The notes: generated from the sequence alone by a model not told the origin. Positions 45,020-55,166 are shown, counted from the first letter of the whole stretch. The stretch: 61,171 nucleotides of DNA, filler included, from 6 parts of 6 records of this genome joined end to end with filler, not necessarily neighbours in it, one strand, 5' to 3'. Numbers and translations: made by a program.

Positions 45020-45739
45020 ATGATGCGTCGTGGTTTCGCCTTGGGGGCGGTGTTTGTTGTCAGCCTGATCCTGTTTCTCATTGTGTTGATGCCCGCGGCG
45101 GTGCTGGTGGAACGTATTCCGCAACTGCGCCCGGGCGGGGCTCCGCTGACCCTGGCCGATGCCCGGGGCCGCTGGTGGAGCGGCTCCGCGGCGGTCAGTT
45201 GGCGCGATCAACAGGGGCGGGTGCGCTGGGAGGTCAATTGGCACGGATTGACGCCGGGGCTTGATCTGGCCATGGTATCCAACGATTTGGATGTGCAAGG
45301 CTGGTTGGGCGCTGCCTGGGGCGACTGGCGCCTGGAGCAGTGGCGCGCCAATGTGCCGGTGGCCATGGTGAGCCGCTATATTCCCCAGGGTCAGGCCGAT
45401 GGCACGGTGAGGATGACACTGATTGCCCTGGAACTCGCCGATGATGCCGTGGTCGATGCCAAAGGTACCCTTGATTACAGTGGGGGCACGGTTGGCTGGG
45501 GACGTGGTGAGTCCGCGCCGGTACCGCCACTTCAGGGACGTCTGAGTATGGTGGAGACCGGTCCGTCGCTGGTGGTGACGGACCCCGAACAGAAGCAAGT
45601 GTTCGCCGCGCGGGTGGCGGAACAAAAACTGAACGTACAAGTATTCAGGGCGTGGCCCCAATTGCTCGGGGTCAGCCAGGGGGGGGATCCCTCCGATGTG
45701 GTGTTCCAGATGAGTCAGCCGTTCCCGCCGGGACGCTGA
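45020..45739 (+). CDS. gspN: Type II secretion system protein N
   Basis: N-terminal TM ending ..LMPA, GRWWSGSA..WEV, beta-rich body; lies upstream of gspC-gspD. Confidence 0.75.
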   Translation: MMRRGFALGAVFVVSLILFLIVLMPAAVLVERIPQLRPGGAPLTLADARGRWWSGSAAVSWRDQQGRVRWEVNWHGLTPGLDLAMVSNDLDVQGWLGAAWGDWRLEQWRANVPVAMVSRYIPQGQADGTVRMTLIALELADDAVVDAKGTLDYSGGTVGWGRGESAPVPPLQGRLSMVETGPSLVVTDPEQKQVFAARVAEQKLNVQVFRAWPQLLGVSQGGDPSDVVFQMSQPFPPGR

Positions 45740-45948
45740 AATATAGCGCTGGAAAAAAAACCGCATTTTTTATATTACGGTAATGTGTCCGCTGTAGAGT
45801 CGGTCGATGTCGGCACCCGTGAACGTGTGTTGATGGGCCCGGCCCGGGTGAACAAGGACATCCAGCCAGCCCAGGAGCACCGGTTCCAGTATGGAAACGG
45901 CGCGTATCGGTGGCGGTTGGTATAACGATAACGGGAAGTGACGCTTTT

Positions 45949-46815
45949 ATGATTCAGTGGGCCCAAAGGGGAAACACACAGCAATGGCTGCCTCCGCTCC
46001 GTTTGGCGGTGATGTTGCTGTTGCTGGTGGGGCTCGCCTACTTGATCGCGCAGACCGTCTGGCTGCTGAGTTATGGTCCCAATGACCCGGTGCCGGAATC
46101 GGGGCTGCGTACCGTTTCCGCCTCCGGGCAGGGCGGGGAGCGCCGTGGTATCTCCCCGTCGGAAATGGAGTCCTGGAACCTGTTCGGGGTGTACCAGGCG
46201 CAAGAGGAAGCCAGCGACAAGCCTGTCGATGCTCCGGATACCCGTCTTAAACTGCAACTGCTCGGTGTCTTCCGCAGTCTGGACCGCACCCAGTCTTCCG
46301 CCATCGTTGCTGAAAGCGGCGGCGACGCGGAGCTGTACCGTATCGGTGATGCCCTGCCGGGCAATGCCACCGTCGAGGAAATTTACGCCGACCGTATCAT
46401 CCTTAAACGCGTGGGGCAGTTGGAAACCCTGCGTTTGAGCGAGCTGGCCGCGCTCGGCGGGGTTTCGGTATCGTCGCGGCCTCCGCCTCCCCCTCCGCCA
46501 AGGCGGCCCCAGGAGCCGGCGCCGCCCGCTGAGGCAGACCTTGGCCAGCAGCGCACCACCCTGATTCGCCAGCTCGGTCTCAAGGCCGTCACCAGTGGTG
46601 AGAGCCAGGGGTACTCGCTGGGCTCTTCCGCGCCAAAACAACTGATCGAGCAGGTCGGCCTGAATCAGGGCGACGTGATTTTGTCGGTGAACGGGTATCC
46701 CCTGGGCACCGAGGAAAATGACCTGGCGGCGTTGCAGTCGTTCCAGGAGTCCCAGAGCGCCACCATCGTGGTACAGCGTGGCGATCAGGAATTCACCGTG
46801 AGTTATCCACCGTAG
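45949..46815 (+). CDS. gspC: Type II secretion system protein C with PDZ domain
   Basis: Single TM, APDTRLKLQLLGV..SAIV..YRIGD..IYADRIIL..GQLETLRL, PDZ GLNQGDVILSVNG..VQRGDQ. Confidence 0.9.
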   Translation: MIQWAQRGNTQQWLPPLRLAVMLLLLVGLAYLIAQTVWLLSYGPNDPVPESGLRTVSASGQGGERRGISPSEMESWNLFGVYQAQEEASDKPVDAPDTRLKLQLLGVFRSLDRTQSSAIVAESGGDAELYRIGDALPGNATVEEIYADRIILKRVGQLETLRLSELAALGGVSVSSRPPPPPPPRRPQEPAPPAEADLGQQRTTLIRQLGLKAVTSGESQGYSLGSSAPKQLIEQVGLNQGDVILSVNGYPLGTEENDLAALQSFQESQSATIVVQRGDQEFTVSYPP

Positions 46816-46825
46816 CGAGACCTTT

Positions 46826-49015
46826 ATGGAGCCCCTGAAACAGCACCGCGGAGTTTCTGCCAAGAGGCTCCTGGCACCGGCCCTAGGCAGCATCCTGGCT
46901 GTCCTTGTTGTGTCCGTGAGCCCGTCGGCCCACGCGCAGCGCGCCGGCCAGGACCAGGTGGTGCAGAATGCCGATGGCAAGACATGGACCGTCAATATTC
47001 GCAATGCGGATATACAGGCGTTTATCAGCCAGGTGGCGGAGATGACCGGCAAGAATTTCGTGGTCGACCCGCGGGTCCGGGCCCGGGATGTGACGGTGAT
47101 ATCCAATCAGCCGCTGACGTCCGCCGAGGTCTATGAGCTGTTCCTGTCGGTGTTGCAGGTGCACGGTTACGCTGCGGTGCCTTCCGGCGATGTGGTCAAG
47201 ATCGTCACTAACACCACCGCCAAGCAAAGCAACTTGCCGATGACCGAGGCCAACGAAGCCGGCGGTGAGGAACTGGTGACCCAGGTGATCGCGGTACAGA
47301 ACTCTCCGGTGGAGGAGTTGGTGCCGGTACTGCGTCCCCTGGTGCCCCAGTACGGCCACCTGGCGGCGGTGGGCTCCGCCAACGCCCTGATTATCAGTGA
47401 CCACGCGGACAACATTCAGCGCATGCGCGCCATCATTCACCACCTCGACAATACTGAAAGCGAGGAGGTGGAAATTGTGCAACTGCGGCATGCTTTCGCC
47501 GGCAACATGGTGTCGTTACTCGATCAATTGGTCAGCAGCACGCAGGCGGCCGGAGGCAATCGCCGCGCGCCGAGGGCGGAGTCCGCCACGGTGGTGGCCG
47601 ATGAGCGCACCAACCGCCTGATCCTGAAAGGCGATCGGGCCACCCGGGCGCGTTTGCTGCCATTGATCTCACGGTTGGATACGCCGTCTTCCGCTTCCAG
47701 CCGGGTTCAGGTGATTCGCTTGAGCCACGGTGATGCCGAGGATATGGCCGAACTGCTGATGAACTTCGCCCAGGGGGCGGCAGCGGTGCGCAAGGGCGGG
47801 GAAGGTTCCGGCGCCGCGGGCGGTGCCAGCGGCGCCGCCGTGGCCGGCACCGGCGACAATAAAGTGTCGATCCAGGCGGATGCGTCACTCAACGCTCTGG
47901 TGATTCGCGCCGAACCGGAAATGATGAACGAACTGCAATCGGTGATCAGTCAGCTGGACGTGCGCCGCACCCAGATCCTGATTGAGGCGGCGATTGTCGA
48001 GGTCACCGGTGATAAGGCCGACAGTCTGGGCTTTCAATATCTGGCCGGTAGCAGCAGCGGTGGCTATGGCGGTGTCAATTTCTCCGGTCAGGGGCTCAGT
48101 GTGCAAGGGCTGATTCAGGCCATGCTTACCGACGATCCCACCAACCTGACGCTGGGCGACGGTATCGCCGCCGGTTTCGGCGAAACCGATGCGGATGGCA
48201 ACCTGCGTTGGGGCGCACTGGTTCAGGCCCTGGCCAGCACCACCAATACCAACCTGTTGTCCACGCCCAGTATCCTGACACTGGATAATCAGGAAGCCTC
48301 CATCATCGTGGGCGAGAACGTGCCGTTCATTACCGGGCAGTCCACTTCCTCCAGTTCCACCACCGCCAACCCGTTCACCACCATCCAGCGGGAAGACGTG
48401 GGGCTGACCCTGAAAGTAACCCCGCATCTGGCGGGTATGGATACCATCCGGCTGGAGCTGGATCAGGAAACTTCCGCGGTGAAGGATGATTCCTCCGCCT
48501 CCGATATCATCACCACCAAGCGCCAGTTGACCACCACGGTGCTGGCGGATGATGGCCAGACCATTGCCCTGGGCGGTTTGATCAGCGATGACGTGCAGAA
48601 GACGGTGCGCAAGGTGCCGTTACTGGGGGATATTCCGCTCCTGGGTGTGCTGTTCCGCTCCACCAGCGAGACCCATGTGAAACGCAATCTGATGGTCTTT
48701 ATCAAACCGACCATCCTGGAAAGCAATGAACGTCTGGTGGATATGACGCGCGACAAGTACATGGGGATCACCGCCATGCAGTTCAGCGTCGATGAGAATG
48801 GAGAGTTGGTGCAGGAAGTGAAGAACCCGCTGCCCACCCGGGTTGACCGGCTGTTCAATGGCCGTACCAGCACTTCCGACGACTATCGCCGGGCCTATGA
48901 GCGTGAGCAACAGCGCAGCGCCGATGAGAGTGTGGTGCCGCCGGCCTCCGGACCGGTGATCAACGCTGAACAGGGCTCGGCGGCGCAGAAGAACCAGTCC
49001 GGCGACGAACAGTAA
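46826..49015 (+). CDS. gspD: Type II secretion system secretin D
   Basis: N0 domain VNIRNADIQAFI..NFVVDPRV, N1-N3 repeats, QILIEAAIVEV, LLSTPSILTLDNQEA, KVPLLGDIPLLGVLFRS. Confidence 0.96.
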   Translation: MEPLKQHRGVSAKRLLAPALGSILAVLVVSVSPSAHAQRAGQDQVVQNADGKTWTVNIRNADIQAFISQVAEMTGKNFVVDPRVRARDVTVISNQPLTSAEVYELFLSVLQVHGYAAVPSGDVVKIVTNTTAKQSNLPMTEANEAGGEELVTQVIAVQNSPVEELVPVLRPLVPQYGHLAAVGSANALIISDHADNIQRMRAIIHHLDNTESEEVEIVQLRHAFAGNMVSLLDQLVSSTQAAGGNRRAPRAESATVVADERTNRLILKGDRATRARLLPLISRLDTPSSASSRVQVIRLSHGDAEDMAELLMNFAQGAAAVRKGGEGSGAAGGASGAAVAGTGDNKVSIQADASLNALVIRAEPEMMNELQSVISQLDVRRTQILIEAAIVEVTGDKADSLGFQYLAGSSSGGYGGVNFSGQGLSVQGLIQAMLTDDPTNLTLGDGIAAGFGETDADGNLRWGALVQALASTTNTNLLSTPSILTLDNQEASIIVGENVPFITGQSTSSSSTTANPFTTIQREDVGLTLKVTPHLAGMDTIRLELDQETSAVKDDSSASDIITTKRQLTTTVLADDGQTIALGGLISDDVQKTVRKVPLLGDIPLLGVLFRSTSETHVKRNLMVFIKPTILESNERLVDMTRDKYMGITAMQFSVDENGELVQEVKNPLPTRVDRLFNGRTSTSDDYRRAYEREQQRSADESVVPPASGPVINAEQGSAAQKNQSGDEQ

Positions 49016-49024
49016 GACTCCTTC

Positions 49025-49052
49025 GGAAGCGGTTGGCCCGCCAGCCGCTTCC
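49025..49052. terminator. Hairpin between convergent gspD and lipoprotein genes
   Basis: GGAAGCGGTTGG-cccg-CCAGCCGCTTCC 12-bp stem. Confidence 0.6.
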
Positions 49053-49101
49053 TCTGCTTCCTTTCTGGGCTTCTCGGTGATTCAGGCGAGAGAGGCGCGG
49101 G

Positions 49102-50157
49102 CTACTCCGATGAGGTGGCGTCCAGCGCCCTCAGGTTGTTGAGGACCCGCCGGGTTCGTTCCAGCTTCTTGTTGAGTTCCACGTTGTCGGGTGCCAGGGG
49201 CTTGAGCTCCTGCCAGATAGCGTATGCGGCCTGGTATTCACCACGGGCGTAGAGGGCATCTCCGGTGGCCATATCCTTGGTGTAGCGTTCACGGCAAAGT
49301 GTCTCCACCTCGTCGCGCAAAGCGGTGAGGTGGTTGTTGGGGGCGGATCGCAAGTATTCCCGTATCGCCAGCAGATCCTTCAGGGAGCCGCTCTCGCGGT
49401 AGGCCGCCATCAATGACTCGGAGCGTTCCCGCTGGCGCTGAGTTTGTTGCTGCTCGGCCCTTTGGCGGGCTCGGGCCAGTACCTGTTGCGCCTGACCCAG
49501 AGCCTCGGGCGCGGGTTGATCCGGTTGCAGCTGGTGCGCCAGATGCAAGGCCCGTTGCGCCCGTGACCAGTCGCCTTGCTCGGCGTAGGTGTTCCCCACC
49601 TCGGTGAGCCGCTCGGACAAATCGGCTTTCAAGGCCTGGCGGAGCTCAAGGGTTTGTCCCGCCTCCGGCAGGGTGTAGCCGGTGAGCGTGCTGTCCAGAG
49701 TGGCGCTGTCCAACAGCGCACGGGCCTGGGCCTGCCACCATTCGGAAAGACGTTGCCGCAGGCGCTGGGCTTCCTGCTGGTGCAGCGATTCACGCAAGGC
49801 CACCAATGGGCCGGGATGGATCAGATGCCCGCCGGTGGACTCCAGCAGCCCCTGGGCGTCACGCCATTGCTCCTGCCCGGCCAGACGCTGTGCTTCCGCC
49901 AGGGTTTGCTCACGGTATTCGCGGCTTGCCTTGATGATGTCTTCGCGCTGTTGGCTCAGTTCCGGCTGATCCGGGTCTTGCAGCAGGCGCGTATCCAGCA
50001 TGGTCAGCGCTTCCCGGTAACGGTGCTCATGGAGCGCCTGTTGCAACGACTCCCGGGTAACCTCCGGTGGCGGCGGCGTGGTCTGGCAAGCGCTCAAGGC
50101 GATCAGTCCCGCCAGCAGAAGAAGAGCGGGGCGGCGAGTTGAATCAGGACGATGCAC
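49102..50157 (-). CDS. Alpha-helical/TPR-like lipoprotein
   Basis: Signal peptide with lipobox LSA-C; TPR-like helices (GNTYAEQGDWSRAQRALHLAHQLQP, GDALYARGEYQAAYAIWQELKPLAP); overlaps the cyclase stop by 14 nt. Confidence 0.75.
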   Translation of the reverse strand: MHRPDSTRRPALLLLAGLIALSACQTTPPPPEVTRESLQQALHEHRYREALTMLDTRLLQDPDQPELSQQREDIIKASREYREQTLAEAQRLAGQEQWRDAQGLLESTGGHLIHPGPLVALRESLHQQEAQRLRQRLSEWWQAQARALLDSATLDSTLTGYTLPEAGQTLELRQALKADLSERLTEVGNTYAEQGDWSRAQRALHLAHQLQPDQPAPEALGQAQQVLARARQRAEQQQTQRQRERSESLMAAYRESGSLKDLLAIREYLRSAPNNHLTALRDEVETLCRERYTKDMATGDALYARGEYQAAYAIWQELKPLAPDNVELNKKLERTRRVLNNLRALDATSSE

Positions 50158-51748
50158 GGTGTCCGTCCGTGTTGAGGCGGGTCAGGAACTGGGCGATCCG
50201 TTGCTCCATCAGAGTCTCGGACAAGGCGTGCACGCCATCGACCCGGTAAGTGCTGACCGGCTCCTGCCGGCCGCGAACGCGCATGGAGCCGTATTCCAGC
50301 GCCCGCACCCGGGGAGCGATGTTGGCGTCCTTGAACACGGCGGCGGCGGCGATGATTTCGCCGGCGGCGGCCATGTTGGAAAGCCGTGACGCCAGATTCA
50401 CGGTATCGCCGACCACCGTATATTGCATGCGGTCACGGGAGCCCAGGTTCCCGGCCAGCATGGCGCCGGAATTGATGCCGATACGGAATTCCACGGTGGT
50501 CAGGCCGCGGGCCTGCCGATGTTCGTTGAGGCGCTGGATCAGGCGCTGGATCATCACCGCGCAGCAGAGGCCATGGAACAAGTGCTCGGGATCCTCTTCC
50601 GGCACCCCGAACACGATCATGGCGCAGTCACCCATGTACTTGTCGATGGTGCCGCGATAGGAATCCGCCGCCCAGGCGACGGCATCGAAGTAAACGTTGA
50701 GCATATGGGCCACCGCCTCCGGCGCCAGGCTTTCCGACAACCGGGTGAAGCCGACGATATCGGCGAACACCACCGTGGCGTTGACGTCGCGACCGCCGAG
50801 GGTGACCTGATCCAGGTCGGCCATCATGCTTTTCGCCACCGAAGGACTGACGAAACGCTGCAGTACCCTTTCCACCTGATCTTTCTCCAGCATGCTATGG
50901 GCCATGCTGTTGTAGGCTTCGATCAGCAGACCGATCTCGTCATTGCGGCGTTCACGAATACGGAACTGCAAATCGCCACGCCGCATGGCGCTGGTGGCGG
51001 CCAGCAGATCACGGATTGGCTGGGACAGCCGGCGGCTGATCACGAAAGAGGCGATTATGGCGATCAGCCCCATGATCACGGTGGCGGTGATCATGGCCGT
51101 CCGGACCTCTTTCTGGGCCAGAGCGATAGGTTGATCGGAGAGAGTGATCGCCACCGCGCCGACCTGGATATCGTTGACCATTACCGGGGAAATATAGGTG
51201 CTCATGGGCGAGCCGGCCATGGTCCAACGGCTGACGCCCGCTTCGCTCAAGGGGCCGAGCCGGGCCGGCTGCACTCCCGCTTCATCGATCAGGCCGCCGT
51301 CCCGGTCAAACAGGGTAGCGCCGTAAATATTGTCACTGCGGACCAGATTATTGATGTGCACCTTGAGCAGGAAGCGGTCCTCGGCCAGTAAGGGTTCGCG
51401 GGCGGTATGCGCCAATTGGGAGGCGATGGCACCACCGAAACTGTCCGCCTGCTGACGCATGCGCTCAAGCTGGTTGTTCAGCAGCAGAGTGCCGAGAACG
51501 GCCATGCCCAAAAGAATCATGGCGGAGATCGACAGGCCCATCTTCCAGGCCACCGGGAAGTAGGCGGGCAGGTAAGGGCGCAACAGCCGGCGGAACCGGT
51601 GCTTTTTTTGTTGCGGTTGCTGTCTTGAAGGATCGTCCACGCTGCTGTTCCTAGAGCCGGTTTTGCGAGTGCCCGTCTTTGCCGAAGCTGGAGCGGCGGT
51701 GCCGCCGTGCCCTTGCCGGGGATGGCTGGTGGCCGGGCCCGGTGCCAT
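50144..51748 (-). CDS. Membrane-bound class III adenylate cyclase with periplasmic domain and HAMP
   Basis: Two TM helices flank a periplasmic domain. HAMP PIRDL..RNDEIGLL..YNSM. Catalytic motifs VFADIVGFT, IDKYMGD, FRIGINSG, YTVVGDTVNLASRL. Confidence 0.92.
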   Translation of the reverse strand: MAPGPATSHPRQGHGGTAAPASAKTGTRKTGSRNSSVDDPSRQQPQQKKHRFRRLLRPYLPAYFPVAWKMGLSISAMILLGMAVLGTLLLNNQLERMRQQADSFGGAIASQLAHTAREPLLAEDRFLLKVHINNLVRSDNIYGATLFDRDGGLIDEAGVQPARLGPLSEAGVSRWTMAGSPMSTYISPVMVNDIQVGAVAITLSDQPIALAQKEVRTAMITATVIMGLIAIIASFVISRRLSQPIRDLLAATSAMRRGDLQFRIRERRNDEIGLLIEAYNSMAHSMLEKDQVERVLQRFVSPSVAKSMMADLDQVTLGGRDVNATVVFADIVGFTRLSESLAPEAVAHMLNVYFDAVAWAADSYRGTIDKYMGDCAMIVFGVPEEDPEHLFHGLCCAVMIQRLIQRLNEHRQARGLTTVEFRIGINSGAMLAGNLGSRDRMQYTVVGDTVNLASRLSNMAAAGEIIAAAAVFKDANIAPRVRALEYGSMRVRGRQEPVSTYRVDGVHALSETLMEQRIAQFLTRLNTDGHRASS

Positions 51749-52012
51749 CGACACCGGATTGGTATTCTCTACCGATATTCTACCTGAATAGCCGCTCCGC
51801 GGAGGAATGGATCAAGGTGTGGCCCGCCCGCGGCTTGCCAGGGTGTGGCTCCGGTGTCACATTGCCAGAATGACGCCGGTTAGGGAACCATGGAATGGGC
51901 CTCGTTTCCACCCAACCAGCATGACGGGTTTCGGTGCCGGATGCGTCGTGCGTCCGATAACCGGGTAGTTCCGGGTTATTGTCCCGGCAAAAGCGGGTTC
52001 CAGGAAATCAAG

Positions 52013-52996
52013 ATGGGATTTATACAAGAGCGGCGGGTGCCCGCCAACGGTCTGGATATGTTCATTGCCGAAGCCGGCGTCAAAGGCGCCCCTTTGGTGT
52101 TGTGTTTGCACGGCTTCCCGGAGTGCTGGGCGTCGTGGCGATATCAATTACCGGTACTGGCCCAGTCCGGATACCACGCCGTGGCGCCGGATTTGCGCGG
52201 GTACGGCGAAACCCGTGGAGCGGCGACGGTGGAGGACTGCCGCCTGTCCCGGCTGGCCGGGGATGTGGTGGCCCTGATTGATGCCCTCGGTGCCGAACGG
52301 GCGGTGCTGGTGGGGCATGACTGGGGGTGCGCGCTGGCCTGGGAAGTGGCCAGGACCTACCCGGAGCGGGTGACAGCGGTAGTTGGGCTGTCGGTCCCCT
52401 ACGGTGGCCCCTCGCCACGCGCGCCCACCGAGGCGATGCGGGAGCTGTTCGGGGATCATTTCTTTTATATGCTTTATTTCCAGCAAGCTGAAGTGCCGGA
52501 ACGGGAGCTTGGTGAGGATGTTCGCTATAGCCTGCGGGCTCTGTTCCACAATCTTTCCGCCGAAGGCATGGCCAACTTCCAGGTGGCGCCGGATGACAGC
52601 GGCGTGCTGGATTCCATGCGCGTGCCAGCACGGCCCTCGCGCTGGATGCGTGAGGAAGACCTGGATTACTACGTGGCCCGTTTCGAGAAGACCGGGTTTA
52701 CCGGGGCGCTCAACTGGTATCGAGCCATGGATATCTCCTGGGAGGAAAGCCGCGCTGACGACAACTGGACGATTCAGGCGCCGGTGCTGTTTCTCGGTGG
52801 CATGCAAGACCCGGTATTGATGTTCAGTCAGAAGGCTCTGGCACGCATGCCGGACTATGTGCCGAATCTGAATACCGTGGTGCTGGACCAGTGCGGGCAC
52901 TGGATCCAGATGGAGCAGGCGGCGGAAGTGAATCGGGAGATGCTGGCGTTTCTGGCTGAGGCGGCCCCGCCCGGAGAGGATCACCCCGAACCCTGA
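52013..52996 (+). CDS. Alpha/beta-fold epoxide hydrolase-like enzyme
   Basis: HGFPE oxyanion motif, GHDWG nucleophile Asp, lid Tyr residues (FYMLYFQ, LNWYRA), CGHWIQME catalytic His. Confidence 0.9.
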   Translation: MGFIQERRVPANGLDMFIAEAGVKGAPLVLCLHGFPECWASWRYQLPVLAQSGYHAVAPDLRGYGETRGAATVEDCRLSRLAGDVVALIDALGAERAVLVGHDWGCALAWEVARTYPERVTAVVGLSVPYGGPSPRAPTEAMRELFGDHFFYMLYFQQAEVPERELGEDVRYSLRALFHNLSAEGMANFQVAPDDSGVLDSMRVPARPSRWMREEDLDYYVARFEKTGFTGALNWYRAMDISWEESRADDNWTIQAPVLFLGGMQDPVLMFSQKALARMPDYVPNLNTVVLDQCGHWIQMEQAAEVNREMLAFLAEAAPPGEDHPEP

Positions 52997-53087
52997 TCTG
53001 TATCAAGGGCAGCCCGGCGTGGATCGGCGACTATTCTTTCCGGGGCGCAAGCCCCGCTGCGTATGCTTCCGGTATATCCGGTTTTTC

Positions 53088-53112
53088 AAGGCCCCACGGC
53101 GGGGCCTTTTTT
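53088..53112 (+). terminator. Rho-independent terminator after the epoxide hydrolase gene
   Basis: AAGGCCCC-acggc-GGGGCCTT followed by TTTT. Confidence 0.75.
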
Positions 53113-53159
53113 ATGCCCGCCGTCCATGGCGGCCACCTCCATCGTGCAGAATGCACCCG

Positions 53160-55166
53160 CTACCAGTGAATCCCCTTAAACAATCGGGAGAAGGCCGCCT
53201 GCTCGCGGCTGATCCGTTTGGGCGTGCGCTCACGCCGCCCCATCGCGGCGGCGGAGTCGGAGAACAGCTTGTAGCCGGTGTTCATGATCGTTTCCGTGGC
53301 TCGGGGGGTAATGAAATGCATCACCTGACCGAGGACGCCAAGACTGGTGGCGATCCGCTTGGGCTGGCGCACGATGGCGTCGCAGATCATGTCCGCCGCC
53401 TGGCTGGGGCTGATGGTGGGTACGTGATTGTACAGCTTGGTGGGTGCGATCATCGGCGTGCGCACCAGCGGCATGTTGATGGTGGTGAAACGGATGCCCT
53501 GGTGAGCCAGCTCGCTGGCGGCACAGCGGGTGAACGAATCCAGCGCCGCCTTGGATGCCACATAGGCGGAGAAGCGCGGTGCGTTGGTCAGAACGCCGAT
53601 GCTGGAAATATTGATGACGTGTCCGCTGCCCTGTTCCAGCATGCTCGGTAACAGGCGCATGATCAGCCGCAATGAGCCGAAGTAGTTCAATTGCATGGTG
53701 CGTTCGAAATCGTGGAAACGATAGACCGAGTTGACCACCGAGCGGCGGATGGAATGGCCAGCGTTGTTCACCAGGATGTCGACGCGGCCGTAATCCGCCA
53801 GAACCTCCTTCACCAGATCATCCACGGATTCCATCTTCGAGACGTCGCAACGGTAGGCCCGGGCGATGCCTCCCACCTGCTTGATCTCGTGCAGGGTCTC
53901 TTCCAGTTTCTCCGGAGTGCGGGCCACCACCAGCACGGTGGCTCCAGCGCGGGCCAGCTTCAGGGCCGAGGCCTTGCCGATCCCGGAAGTGGCTCCGGTG
54001 ATCAGCACGACCTTGTCCTCCACCTTGTCAGGCAAGGACGGTAGCGGCTGCAATTCGTCCTTGCGCTGGTCCCGCTCCGGGTCCAGGTGATTTTCCCAGA
54101 AATCCCACAATTGCTGGATGTAGCTTTCCAGATCCGGCACTTCAATGCCGCTGCCTTCCAGAGCGGCCCTGGCCCGTTGGTTGTCGTACTGAGTCGGGAA
54201 TGCCAGGAACTGAACAATGGTGGGCGGGATGTCCAGACTTTCCAGCAGCTGGTTGATCAGTGCTTTCGGGGTCAGCGCGTTGACGCCTTTTTTGACGAAA
54301 CCAGGGACCGCATTGAAGACGCGGTTATCCAGGCGCACCGGCATACGTGGCGCCTGGGCGGCGCCGGCGATGATATCCATCACCTCGCTGAAGTTATAGC
54401 TGCGCTCGGCGGTCAGGTGAAAACACTGGCCGTTCCCCTCCGGCAGATGGGCGATGTGATCCAGGGCACTGGCGACGAAGTCCACCGGCACGATATTGAA
54501 ATGGCCGCTTTCCACGCCCACCAGCGGGAACCAGTTGGGCAGATAATCCTTGAGCTTCTGGATCAGTTTGAAGAAGTAGTACGGGCCGTCGATTTTGTCC
54601 ATTTCCCCAGTCTGGGAATGGCCCACTACCAGAGACGGCCGGTAAATGCGCCAGGGGATCCGGCTCTCCTGGCGTACCAGGGCTTCCGATTCGTGCTTGG
54701 TCAGCAGGTAGGGATTGTCCAGGCCGGAGGCCTCTTCGAACATGTCCTCGGTGAAGGTGCCGGGATAGAGTCCGCCGGCGGCCACCGAGGAAACATGATG
54801 GAAACAGCCGGCCTGCAGCTGTTCCGCCAGTTTCAGGGTTTGGCGGGTGCCTTCGATGTTGGTGTAACGCTGGGTGTTCTCGTCGGCATTGAGATCGTAG
54901 ATCGCCGCGAGATGGAAGAAGTGGTCGATCTGGCCGGCCAGGTCATCCAGGTCCCGCTTGCTCAGACCCAGGCTTTTTCTCGTCAGATCGCCGGTAATCG
55001 GTACCAGGCGCTGCTCTTCGACGCCCAGCCGCCTCCGCAGAGCCTCCAGCTTGTATTCGGAGCCTGGGCGAACCAGGGCGAAGACCCGGCTGTCTTCCCG
55101 TTTCAGAAGCCGGGCAACCAGAAAGCGGCCGATGAAACCGGTGGCCCCGGTGACGAAATAGTTCAT
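53160..55166 (-). CDS. Two-domain SDR fatty acyl-CoA reductase (Marinobacter Maqu_2507-type)
   Basis: N-terminal extended SDR MNYFVTGATGFIG..HLAAIYD..MDKIDGPYYFFK. C-terminal classical SDR ITGATSGIG..NNAGHSIRRS..RFHDFERTMQLNYFG..YVASKAAL..GIHW. Confidence 0.88.
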   Translation of the reverse strand: MNYFVTGATGFIGRFLVARLLKREDSRVFALVRPGSEYKLEALRRRLGVEEQRLVPITGDLTRKSLGLSKRDLDDLAGQIDHFFHLAAIYDLNADENTQRYTNIEGTRQTLKLAEQLQAGCFHHVSSVAAGGLYPGTFTEDMFEEASGLDNPYLLTKHESEALVRQESRIPWRIYRPSLVVGHSQTGEMDKIDGPYYFFKLIQKLKDYLPNWFPLVGVESGHFNIVPVDFVASALDHIAHLPEGNGQCFHLTAERSYNFSEVMDIIAGAAQAPRMPVRLDNRVFNAVPGFVKKGVNALTPKALINQLLESLDIPPTIVQFLAFPTQYDNQRARAALEGSGIEVPDLESYIQQLWDFWENHLDPERDQRKDELQPLPSLPDKVEDKVVLITGATSGIGKASALKLARAGATVLVVARTPEKLEETLHEIKQVGGIARAYRCDVSKMESVDDLVKEVLADYGRVDILVNNAGHSIRRSVVNSVYRFHDFERTMQLNYFGSLRLIMRLLPSMLEQGSGHVINISSIGVLTNAPRFSAYVASKAALDSFTRCAASELAHQGIRFTTINMPLVRTPMIAPTKLYNHVPTISPSQAADMICDAIVRQPKRIATSLGVLGQVMHFITPRATETIMNTGYKLFSDSAAAMGRRERTPKRISREQAAFSRLFKGIHW

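Noticed and set aside
49102-51748. Cyclase + partner as a Pycsar/CBASS-type antiphage system
   Set aside because: The cyclase has TM-periplasmic-HAMP sensor architecture and adenine-specifying residues. The partner is an exported lipoprotein, not a TIR or cyclic-nucleotide-binding TM effector.
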